Assembly (NCBI GenBank): GCA_965199755.1
Contig: CBDASZ010000001.1
Coordinates: forward strand, 416,001 to 480,000
From: an uncultured candidatus Porisulfidus sp.
Lineage (GTDB): Bacteria > Pseudomonadota > Gammaproteobacteria > Poriferisulfidales > Poriferisulfidaceae
Reading direction: 5' to 3'
DNA length: 64,000 nt
Shown piece after piece: positions 41,559 to 49,866 of this stretch. A model generated the notes under the pieces. That model made no database searches. It had not been told where the DNA came from and was given only the letters and a program-made list of their open reading frames with translations. How positions within the stretch are numbered: the first letter of the stretch is position 1; every line of letters begins with the position of its first letter. The position numbers were made by a program, and so were the translations under genes.

Positions 41559-42524
41559 GTGGAACGCGGCGAACGTTTCTACAAGATTTCAACCTTGCTG
41601 CAAAGCCGGGTTGCGGTGACGCGGGCGATGCTCGCGGAGGAACTTGAAGTGTCTGTCGCGACCGTGGCGCGCGACCTCCGATATATGCGTGACCGTATGG
41701 ACATGCCCATCAAGTGGAGTCAGGCACAAAACCGGTACTGCCTTGACAGGGGTGAGTCGCAAGTCGAACTGCCGGGCCTGTGGTTTAATTCCGCGGAAAC
41801 AGTGGCGCTGCTGACCATGGAGCATTTACTGTCGCGGCTGGGGGAGGGTTTTCTGACGCCGCATCTGGCCCCACTGCGCGAGAAACTGCAGCAGTTGCTC
41901 GGCTCTGGCGAGCATTCCTACAAGGAAGTCGTACGCCGTTTGCGTATGCTGCCGCATCCGTTGCGGCCGATCTCAGTGAAGCATTTCGAGCGGGTGGCCT
42001 CCGCGGTGCTGGAACGCCGGCGTCTGCGCATTTGTCATCTCAACCGCGAGTCCGGTGAGACGCGCTCGCGGGAAGTCTCGCCGCAGCGCCTGCTGTATTA
42101 CCGGAATTGTTGGTATATGGATGCCTGGTGCCATACGCGCCGCGCCCTGCGTACTTTTGGTCTGGATGTGCTCGAAGAGGCGGAACTGCTGAGCACGAAG
42201 GCGCGGTCGATCGCGGACCGCGAACTGGATCGGGAACTGGCTGCCGGCTATGGCATCTATGCGGGCAGCAGAACGTACATGGCGCGCCTGCGCTTCTCGG
42301 CAAATGCGGCGCAATGGGTCCGCCTGGAATGCTGGCACCCAGAACAACAGGGGAAATTTGACAGGCAAGGCCGTTATGTGTTGCGTTTCCCATATTCCCG
42401 AGACACCGAACTGGTGATGGACATCTTGCGCCATGGCCCTGATGTTGAGGTGCTGGGACCATCAAGTTTGCGCACACGTGTGCAGGCGCGTATCAAGGAA
42501 GCAGCGGATATTTATCGGGATTAA
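41559..42524 (+). CDS. wHTH-WYL-WCX transcriptional regulator (YafY/PafC-like)
   Basis: LAEELEVSVATVARDLRYMRD HTH, REVSPQRL..YRNCWYMDAWCH.R.ALRTF, C-terminal DILRHGPDVEVLGP..LR. Confidence 0.93.
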   Translation: MERGERFYKISTLLQSRVAVTRAMLAEELEVSVATVARDLRYMRDRMDMPIKWSQAQNRYCLDRGESQVELPGLWFNSAETVALLTMEHLLSRLGEGFLTPHLAPLREKLQQLLGSGEHSYKEVVRRLRMLPHPLRPISVKHFERVASAVLERRRLRICHLNRESGETRSREVSPQRLLYYRNCWYMDAWCHTRRALRTFGLDVLEEAELLSTKARSIADRELDRELAAGYGIYAGSRTYMARLRFSANAAQWVRLECWHPEQQGKFDRQGRYVLRFPYSRDTELVMDILRHGPDVEVLGPSSLRTRVQARIKEAADIYRD

Positions 42525-42564
42525 ACCCCTTTCACCACTTAAATTCGCTCTAAAAATCCCAAAA

Positions 42565-42591
42565 GCGGAGTATCACCAGGTGATACTCCGC
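42565..42591. repeat. Perfect 27-bp palindrome GCGGAGTATCACC-A-GGTGATACTCCGC
   Basis: Read directly; AAAA on the left and CCCTTT on the right; may be a terminator or an operator. Confidence 0.85.
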
Positions 42592-42846
42592 CCCTTTAAA
42601 CTTGCCGCAAAGATCAGGACCGGAATCGGATCTGATCTGCGCGACCTTCCGATTTTGTTGCCGGGAGGCCTTTGAAACAGGCTCAGGGTTGACCCTGCAG
42701 CCACATTGGCTGGGTCTCATGGTGGATTCAGGGAGGCAGAAGATGTATTTGCTGAACATCAGAAACTTGTTCAGCGAGCTGCGCTGTCTTTATGCCAGGT
42801 TGCAGAAAGTGGTTTTTACCACTCTGCATAATGTCGCTCAAATAAA

Positions 42847-43692
42847 ATGAACCTGATCACTCAGACGATCAGGCGGCTGGGTCTTGGTACGCCCTGTCCA
42901 CTGGGGGCATTTACGTTCTACCCGTTGCTGCTCACTGGCAATGGTCGTGCTCCCTGTCAGTTACCGCAACAGAGCGGTGATACCGAGTTGTTCACGATTG
43001 ACTGGCCTGATGAAGGTCCGGTGTCGGTGTGGCAGATCAGCAATGCACACGATCAGCCCGTGCTGCTGCTGGAATCCGTACCGCACGATGCTGCATCAGC
43101 ACTGAGCGCGGGTGCCTCTGATGAGGAATCTGTCGGCATGCCTGCCGGGCGTTGCACTCCGGGAATCAGCACCCTGATTCCTGCGCGGACCGAGGAGTTG
43201 AAACTGTCGGCCAACTGGTTTGGGCCCGTACCGGCACTCGCGCAGTCGGAGTCATCGTTTTGGGACGAGGCCCCGCCACTGGAGCCCGGACAGAGTGGCT
43301 GGTTGTGTCTGCATGATACGGGAGTAATCGGGTTTGATCTGTTCGATTGCCAGGAGACGCTCAAGGCGGCCATGCCCGGTTTGTACGAGCATTACGCGAA
43401 CGATAACAATCTGCCCTATCTGGATGCAAAGGTGGTCCCGGTTGCCGGTCCGAAGGAAGTGCTGGATTTAGCGGCGCGCGCCGAGTATGTGTGGCATTCG
43501 TCACTTGGGGATGGACAGTACTATCGGGTGGTCGCTCCCGGACTGCTGGGCTACGCGCTGGTACTGGAATCTCATCTGGTGCATTTGAGCGTGGTGCCGT
43601 CACCGATCTTTGATGTCCTGCGCAGTGACCGTGCGCTTCGCCAGCAGCAGGCACTGCGTCTGGCGAGTCTGGGCCGCCACGCGATACGTTAA
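42847..43692 (+). CDS. DUF6569/ARPP-1-like protein, divergent
   Basis: N-terminal LGLGTP....TFYPLL, PVLLL, GQSG......IGFDLFD..TLK..MP.L...YA, C-terminal LGDG..YR....L.G.ALV....LVHLS; family from memory. Confidence 0.6.
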   Translation: MNLITQTIRRLGLGTPCPLGAFTFYPLLLTGNGRAPCQLPQQSGDTELFTIDWPDEGPVSVWQISNAHDQPVLLLESVPHDAASALSAGASDEESVGMPAGRCTPGISTLIPARTEELKLSANWFGPVPALAQSESSFWDEAPPLEPGQSGWLCLHDTGVIGFDLFDCQETLKAAMPGLYEHYANDNNLPYLDAKVVPVAGPKEVLDLAARAEYVWHSSLGDGQYYRVVAPGLLGYALVLESHLVHLSVVPSPIFDVLRSDRALRQQQALRLASLGRHAIR

Positions 43693-43781
43693 GTGCAAGG
43701 CTCTCGTCGAACTCGCGAAAAGAGCAAGGCGCTCCTTGCATTCCCAAACGCAAGGGCATCGGTTGATGTGCCATGGGGACT

Positions 43782-44077
43782 GTGGACTTGATCACTCAGA
43801 CCATTAAGCGCGTGCGTCTCGGTACGCCCTATCCGCTGAGCAGGCGCTGGATACGGCGGCGTGCGCCAAGGATGTGCCGAACCCGTCGTTTGGGGCAGGG
43901 GGACTGCTATCGGATTATCTCGCAAGGATTGCTGGGCTATGCGCTGGTTCTGGACGGACGACTGGTGCACTTGAGGGTCGTGTTGGCACCGATTTTTGAA
44001 TCCAGTGTCCCCCTTGCGCCCAAGGCTTGCAGCATGCGCTGCGTCTGGCGACTCTCGGCCGTCCCTCAATGCGCTAA
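43782..44077 (+). pseudogene. Internally deleted, frameshifted paralogue of 42847-43692
   Basis: DLITQTIKRVRLGTP matches the N-terminus; LGQGDCYRIISQGLLGYALVLDGRLVHL and (in another frame) ALRLATLGR match the C-terminus; about 0.55 kb missing. Confidence 0.85.
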
Positions 44078-44110
44078 GCCAGACACTCCGGCAAGGCGCG
44101 GCGGCGGGAG

Positions 44111-45010
44111 TCAGCTGTCTTCGGTTTTGGATGCGCGGGCGTGTTGCCATACGATTTTCGCCAGCGCCGCGGAATCCAGTTCACCATCACCCTGTCGGAC
44201 CAATTCGTCCATCAGCTCAAGCGCGGCTGCGCTACCGGGCAAGTTTAACTCCATATCACGCGCCTCCTGCGCGACAATGCGCAGATCCTTCAGGTGCAGT
44301 TGCGCCTTGAATCCGGGTTGATAATCGCCGCTGAGCATGCGCGCGCCGTGAAACTCCAGAATCCGGCTGTAGGCGAACCCACCGAGCAGCGCTTCGCGCA
44401 CCTGTTCGCGACTCACGCCGCTTGATTCCGCCAGCAGATATGCTTCGGCGACGGCCGCCATGGTCTGCGCCACCAGCAGTTGATTGCACGCTTTGGCTAC
44501 TTGGCCTGCGCCATTCGCGCCAATATGCTGGACCTGGCCGCCGAGCACGTCAAGGATAGGACGCATGCGATCAAACACTGTCTCCGATCCGCCCACCATA
44601 ATGGATAGCGTGCCCTCAATGGCACCGACCTCTCCGCCGGAGACAGGCGCATCCAGCATGGCCACGCCACGCTTCTCCAGTTGCTTCGCCACCTGCCGCG
44701 TCTCACTAGGCGAGACCGTGCTCATGTCGATGAGGGTATGTCCTGAGGCCGCGCCTTCCATCAATCCGTCGATGCCGGTGATGACGTCCAGCATGTCCGA
44801 GGTGTCTGCCACCATCACCACGCTGACTTCGGTGCTCGCGCTGACTTGCGCCATGCTGTCCGCGGCGGTGGCACCCGCTTCAAGCAGCGGGTCGAGTTGT
44901 TTGGGGCGACGCGCGAAGACCGTGACCGGGTAGTCGGCGCGCAGCAGATTCAGCACCATCGGGCGACCCATGATGCCGGTGCCGACCCAGCCGATAGAAG
45001 TCTTGCTCAT
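44111..45010 (-). CDS. 2-hydroxy-3-oxopropionate reductase / beta-hydroxyacid dehydrogenase (GarR/GlxR family)
   Basis: GTGIMG, LDAPVSGG, GAGQVAKACNQ, PGFKAQLHLKDL. Confidence 0.9.
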   Translation of the reverse strand: MSKTSIGWVGTGIMGRPMVLNLLRADYPVTVFARRPKQLDPLLEAGATAADSMAQVSASTEVSVVMVADTSDMLDVITGIDGLMEGAASGHTLIDMSTVSPSETRQVAKQLEKRGVAMLDAPVSGGEVGAIEGTLSIMVGGSETVFDRMRPILDVLGGQVQHIGANGAGQVAKACNQLLVAQTMAAVAEAYLLAESSGVSREQVREALLGGFAYSRILEFHGARMLSGDYQPGFKAQLHLKDLRIVAQEARDMELNLPGSAAALELMDELVRQGDGELDSAALAKIVWQHARASKTEDS

Positions 45011-45096
45011 GTGTGAAGGCGGAGTGAAGGGAGGGATTGGCTCGCCGTAAGCGGCGCGCCACTCATTATATTCAGCCTATAAACTATGATGCCGTT

Positions 45097-45960
45097 ATGT
45101 CCGAGTGGAACGCGGAGCCGGGGGTGCTGTATGTGATCGCTACCCCAATCGGCAATCTGGACGACCTGAGTGCGCGCGCCTGTGATATTTTTCGCAGTGT
45201 GGACTGGATCGCCTCAGAGGACACGCGCCAGACGCGCAAACTGGTGTCGCATCTGGGCCTGCAGACGCGGCTTCACAGTGCGCACCGCGGCAACGAAGCG
45301 CAAACTGCGGTGGCCCTGATCAAATCCTTGAAACGCGGCGACTCTGGCGCGCTGGTGTCGGACGCCGGCACACCTTTAATCAGTGATCCGGGTCGTTGGC
45401 TGGTTTCGGCCGCACTGGAGGCTGGCGTGGTGGTGATGCCGTTGCCGGGACCGTGCGCGGCGGTCGCGGCATTGTCCGCCGCAGGTTTGGACGCGGCGCA
45501 ATTTGTGTTCGAGGGCTTTCTACCGGCGCGCGCGCCGGCTCGTCGTCGCCATCTGGAAATGCTGGCGGCTGAGACGCGCACCTGGGTGGCGTATGAGGCA
45601 CCGCATCGCATCCGCGCACTGATGTCGGATCTGCACGCGGTGCTGGAAGATTCACGTGCGGTCATTTGGGCACGGGAGTTGAGCAAGCGCCATGAGCAGG
45701 TGGTGCGAACTTCTGCTGGCGCATTGCACCCGGAGGAGTTGCCTGAGCGCGGCGAGTATGTGGTGGTGGTGGAAGGCGCGCCGCAGCTGCCGGAAGCGTC
45801 GGCGGAAATTCTGGATGCGTTTCTGGAACCCTTGCTCGATGCGGAGGTTGGTGTGCGCACCATCGCGGCGCTGGCGCGAGACTGTCTGGGGATGGCGCGC
45901 AAGCGGGCTTATGATCGCGCGGTGGAGCTGCGCGCGTTGCGCGAGCAGAAGGGCTTGTGA
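45097..45960 (+). CDS. rsmI: 16S rRNA C1402 2'-O-methyltransferase
   Basis: LYVIATPIGNLDD, SDAGTPLISDPG, YEAPHR, ARELSK. Confidence 0.96.
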   Translation: MSEWNAEPGVLYVIATPIGNLDDLSARACDIFRSVDWIASEDTRQTRKLVSHLGLQTRLHSAHRGNEAQTAVALIKSLKRGDSGALVSDAGTPLISDPGRWLVSAALEAGVVVMPLPGPCAAVAALSAAGLDAAQFVFEGFLPARAPARRRHLEMLAAETRTWVAYEAPHRIRALMSDLHAVLEDSRAVIWARELSKRHEQVVRTSAGALHPEELPERGEYVVVVEGAPQLPEASAEILDAFLEPLLDAEVGVRTIAALARDCLGMARKRAYDRAVELRALREQKGL

Positions 45961-45973
45961 GTATGATGGGGTT

Positions 45974-46310
45974 GGGAGCGGGCCGGACAGTCGCTGCCTG
46001 AGGGCGGAGGAAAGTCCGGGCTCCACAGGACAGGATGCCAGATAACGTCTGGGGGGCGCAAGCCTACGGAAAGTGCCACAGAAAATATACCGCCGGGCTT
46101 CGGTTCGGCAAGGGTGAAAAGGTGCGGTAAGAGCGCACCGCGCGGCTGGCAACAGGCGTGGCAGGGCAAACCCCATCCGGAGCAAGACCGCATAGAGAAG
46201 CAATGATGTCGTCCTGCATGGCTTCCGGGTAGGTTGCTAGAGCGTGTCGGCGACGGCGCGCCCAGAGGAATGACTGTCCACGACAGGACCCGGCTTACAG
46301 GCCCGCTCTT
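45974..46310 (+). ncRNA. rnpB: RNase P RNA, class A
   Basis: GAGGAAAGTCCGGGCTC, AGTGCCACAGAAA, GGTAAGAGCGCACC, ACCCGGCTTA; P1 GAGCGGGC/GCCCGCTC. Confidence 0.97.
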
Positions 46311-46454
46311 CCATATCGCGCATGCGGCGTGATTTTTGGTGCCAAAGTGGGGAAAACCGCACATTTGCATTTGGCTCTCAATTTTTCATTGGAGAAATAA
46401 ATTACTGATAAAAGATATATATAAATAACCACTTCTTATAAATAGTTTAGGTAC

Positions 46455-46505
46455 TTGCTTTGTAGAAAAAGTGGAATATAATGGGTTCTCGTGGAATTCT
46501 GTGGA
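46455..46505 (+). promoter_or_regulatory. dcw promoter with four MraZ boxes
   Basis: TTGCTT-N16-TATAAT overlapped by (G/A)TGG(A/G) boxes at 46471, 46481, 46491 and 46501 (10-bp period). Confidence 0.85.
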
Positions 46506-46518
46506 GATAACAGAATAC

Positions 46519-46968
46519 ATGTTTAAGGGCTCACATCTACTGGTGGTCGATGACAAGGGGCGCATCGCCATCCCGACCCAGTTCCGTCAGATGCTGCAGC
46601 AGCAGTGCGAGGGGCGCGTGGTTGTGACCGCTGATCATGACGCCACGCTTGCGATCTATCCCTGGTCCGTATGGGAGGGGCGTGAGAAAAAGTTACATGC
46701 GCTGTCTACAACCGATCCTGCCAGTCGCGCCAAGCGCGAACTGGAACTCGGCAATGCCGACGAGCGCCGTCTCGACAAGCAACATCGTCTTCTACTCGCG
46801 CCGGCCCTTCGGAAGCATGCCCGGCTGGAGCGTGATGCCATCCTGTTGGGTGTCGGTGACATGCTGCTGGTGCGTTCGCAGCAGACCAATCGGGACTTGA
46901 TCGAGCGCTACAACACCCTGCTCAATGATTCGGCGAGCCTCAAGGTTCTGAACGATCACGGACTTTAA
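46519..46968 (+). CDS. mraZ: Transcriptional repressor MraZ
   Basis: MFKG....VDDKGRIAIP..FR, second LDKQHR repeat. Confidence 0.93.
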   Translation: MFKGSHLLVVDDKGRIAIPTQFRQMLQQQCEGRVVVTADHDATLAIYPWSVWEGREKKLHALSTTDPASRAKRELELGNADERRLDKQHRLLLAPALRKHARLERDAILLGVGDMLLVRSQQTNRDLIERYNTLLNDSASLKVLNDHGL

Positions 46969-47901
46969 ATGAAGGAGTATCGGTTGCATGAACCTGTCTT
47001 GTTGCAAGAAACGATGGAGCAACTGGTGGTTCGCACCGACGGCTTCTACGTGGATGCCACTTATGGATACGGTGGGCACGCCGCCGCCATCCTCGAACAG
47101 CTCGGACCGCAAGGCCGGCTGTGGCTGCTGGATCAAGACCCGCGCGCCTGCGCGCATGCGCGCAACCACTTCGGCGACGATCCCCGGGTGCACATCGTGG
47201 AGGACGCCTTCATGAATCTGTCCGAGCATCTGCGCCATGCGGATCTGCTGGGCCAGGTCGACGGCCTGCTGCTAGATCTGGGCGTGTCTTCGGTGCAACT
47301 GAATGACCCCAAGCGCGGTTTCAGTTTTCGTCGCGACGGACCGCTTGACATGCGCATGAGCGGGCAAGGCATGACCGCCGCCGAATGGCTGGCTGAAGTC
47401 GATGAGTCGGAGCTGGCGGAGGTGCTGGCGTGTTATGGCGAGGAACGTAATGCCCGGCACATCGCGAAACACATAGTGCGCACCCGCAATACCCGACGGT
47501 ACACACGCACGCAGCAACTGGCGCATCTGCTCGAAGGCATTATGCGCAGACCGTCGCCCGGCAAGCATCAGGCCACCCGAACTTTCCAGGCCATCCGCAT
47601 ATTCATCAACCGCGAACTTGAGCAGTTGGATGGCGTGCTGGGTGATGTGCTGGACATGCTGGCCGAACAGGCGCGGCTGGCCATCATCAGTTTTCATTCG
47701 CTGGAAGATCGCCGGGTCAAGCACTTCTTGCGCGCACACAGCACGCCGCCTCCCGTGAACCGGCACCATCCGGCACCGCCATTTACGCCATCCTTTGAGA
47801 CCTACCCGCTGATTCGATGCCGTGAGGCCGAAGTACAGCGCAATCCGCGCTCGCGCTCGGCGCGCCTGCGCAGCGCCCGGAGACTGCCATGCGCGGCATA
47901 A
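46969..47901 (+). CDS. rsmH: 16S rRNA m4C1402 methyltransferase
   Basis: HEPVLL, DATYGYGGH, DLGVSS, ISFHSLEDR, NPRSRSA. Confidence 0.97.
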   Translation: MKEYRLHEPVLLQETMEQLVVRTDGFYVDATYGYGGHAAAILEQLGPQGRLWLLDQDPRACAHARNHFGDDPRVHIVEDAFMNLSEHLRHADLLGQVDGLLLDLGVSSVQLNDPKRGFSFRRDGPLDMRMSGQGMTAAEWLAEVDESELAEVLACYGEERNARHIAKHIVRTRNTRRYTRTQQLAHLLEGIMRRPSPGKHQATRTFQAIRIFINRELEQLDGVLGDVLDMLAEQARLAIISFHSLEDRRVKHFLRAHSTPPPVNRHHPAPPFTPSFETYPLIRCREAEVQRNPRSRSARLRSARRLPCAA

Positions 47902-48155
47902 GACTCTGGGTCGTGCTGCTGTTCGCCAATCTGGTGTGCGCTATCGCCATGGTGTACTCCTCGCACGCCAGCCTCGGCATCTTCCATCAGATTCAGGAAC
48001 AGCGCCGGATCTACCAGCACCTGCAAACGGATTGGGGACGGCTGCTGCTTGAGCAAAGCGCGCTGGCCTCTTATGCGCGCGTGGAGCAGTTGGCGGTCAC
48101 GCAGTTGCGCATGCGCCGCCCGGATATGTCTCGCACCAATTTGCTGGCACCCTAG
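47889..48155 (+). CDS. ftsL: Cell division protein FtsL
   Basis: TM helix followed by WGRLLLEQS..RVEQLA...L.M..P; synteny. Confidence 0.9.
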   Translation: MRGIRLWVVLLFANLVCAIAMVYSSHASLGIFHQIQEQRRIYQHLQTDWGRLLLEQSALASYARVEQLAVTQLRMRRPDMSRTNLLAP

Positions 48156-48165
48156 AGGATTTGTG

Positions 48166-49866
48166 ATGAGCAGTTACCACCGCTCCTGTCAGTTTCGCCG
48201 CCGCCTTGTGACCGTGGTGTTTCTGGTGCTGGCGCTGGCGCTGGTGGCGCGTGTGGTGCAGTTGCAATACGCCGAACGCGAGTTCCTGTTGGCGCAGGGC
48301 GACAGCCGCCAACAGCGCACGGTAGAAATTCCGGCGCATCGCGGCATGCTGACCGATCGCCATGGCGAGTTGCTGGCCATCAGCATGCCGGTGGGTTCGG
48401 TGTGGGCGGAGCCGGCGCGGCTGCTCGCGGCGCGCGCGGATTGGGGCGATCTGCCGACGCAACTGGGCGTGAGCGAAAATGCACTGGCGCAAACATTGGA
48501 GGAGCGCAAGGCGCGCAAGTTCTACTATTTGCGCCGCCACTTGTTGCCGGCGGAGGCCGAACGCATATCCTCGCGCAATCTCCCTGGCTTGCATTTGCGC
48601 ATGGAGTACCGGCGTTACTATCCGACCGGAGAGGCCGCCGCGCAATTGATCGGTATCACCGATATTGGCGATCAGGGCCAGGAAGGTCTGGAGCTGATGT
48701 TCGATGCGCAACTGAGCGGTCAGGCCGGTGCGCGGCGCGTGCGACAGGATTCCAACGGACGCATCATTGGTGATCTGGCGCAGATCCGCGCGCCCAAGCA
48801 TGGCGAGAACCTGCGTCTGTCCATCGAGCGCGGACTGCAGTACTTCGCCTATCGCACGCTGGAGAGCGCCGTGCGCAAACATCGCGCGCGCAGCGGCTCG
48901 GCGGTGGTGCTGGACGCGGTGACCGGTGAGGTGCTGGCGATGGCGCAAGCGCCGTCTTTCAATCCCAATGCGCCGCGCGCCGGCCAAAACGAACGCCGCC
49001 GCAACCGGGCCATGACCGACCAGTACGAGCCAGGCTCCATTGTCAAGCCGTTCACAGTACTGGCGGCGCTGCAAAGCGGGCGCTATACCCCGGACAGCGT
49101 GTTTGATACCTCGCCGGGTTACATGCAGATCAAGAGTTATACGATTCGCGACATCCGCGATTTCGGTCAGCTTGACATGGCCGGGGTGCTGGTGAAGTCG
49201 AGCAATGTGGCCTCGGCCCAGATGGCGCTGGACATGCCGGCGGAGCACTTGTGGGGCGTGTTCAACAGCGTTGGCTTCGGTCAGCCGCTGTTTACCAATT
49301 ATCCTGGTGAAGTGAGCGGCGTGCTGCGCGAGCCGTCGAGTTGGCGGCAAAGCGAATGGGCCAGTCTTGGTTACGGCTATGGCCTGTCGGTCACACCAAT
49401 GCACTTGGCGCAAGCCTTCACGATTCTAGGCAATCGCGGCGTTCACCACATTCCGAGTTTTCTGGCCGATCCCAAAACGCACGGCACTCGTGTGCTGTCG
49501 CGGGAAGTGTGTGATCAGGTGCTGCATATGCTGGAGCAGGTGACCCAGCCCGGCGGTACCGCCACCCGCGCACGGGTTCCAGGCTACACCGTGGGAGCCA
49601 AGACCGGCACGGTGCGCCGGCATTCCGCGGAAGGGGGCTATTCCGCATCGAGTCACCTCGCCATGATTGCCGGAGTGGTGCCGCGCCGTCACCCGCGCCT
49701 TGCGATTCTGGTACTGGTGGATGATCCGAGCGCCGGGGATTACTACGGCGGCGTGGTCGCCGCCCCGTTGTTTAGTCGCATCGCTTGGGAAGCGCTGCGT
49801 CTGTTGAATATTCCGCCAGACGATCCGCAAGGGTTGCGTCAGGCAGCCACGGGAGGTCAGGGATGA
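48166..49866 (+). CDS. ftsI: Penicillin-binding protein 3
   Basis: EPGSIVK (SxxK), KSSN, KTGT. Confidence 0.96.
   Translation: MSSYHRSCQFRRRLVTVVFLVLALALVARVVQLQYAEREFLLAQGDSRQQRTVEIPAHRGMLTDRHGELLAISMPVGSVWAEPARLLAARADWGDLPTQLGVSENALAQTLEERKARKFYYLRRHLLPAEAERISSRNLPGLHLRMEYRRYYPTGEAAAQLIGITDIGDQGQEGLELMFDAQLSGQAGARRVRQDSNGRIIGDLAQIRAPKHGENLRLSIERGLQYFAYRTLESAVRKHRARSGSAVVLDAVTGEVLAMAQAPSFNPNAPRAGQNERRRNRAMTDQYEPGSIVKPFTVLAALQSGRYTPDSVFDTSPGYMQIKSYTIRDIRDFGQLDMAGVLVKSSNVASAQMALDMPAEHLWGVFNSVGFGQPLFTNYPGEVSGVLREPSSWRQSEWASLGYGYGLSVTPMHLAQAFTILGNRGVHHIPSFLADPKTHGTRVLSREVCDQVLHMLEQVTQPGGTATRARVPGYTVGAKTGTVRRHSAEGGYSASSHLAMIAGVVPRRHPRLAILVLVDDPSAGDYYGGVVAAPLFSRIAWEALRLLNIPPDDPQGLRQAATGGQG

Noticed and set aside
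42600-42846. Y RNA/YrlA or retron msr-msd identity for the structured spacer
   Set aside because: No tRNA-like T-loop, and no Ro/TROVE, RtcB or reverse transcriptase gene in the window; kept only as an unclassified RNA candidate
44078-44321. C-terminal part of the 182-aa ORF 43773-44321 as a real protein
   Set aside because: It is out-of-frame run-on of the pseudogene, antisense to the dehydrogenase gene
45652-46370. Minus-strand ORFs of 183 and 153 aa
   Set aside because: They are antisense to rsmI and the RNase P RNA
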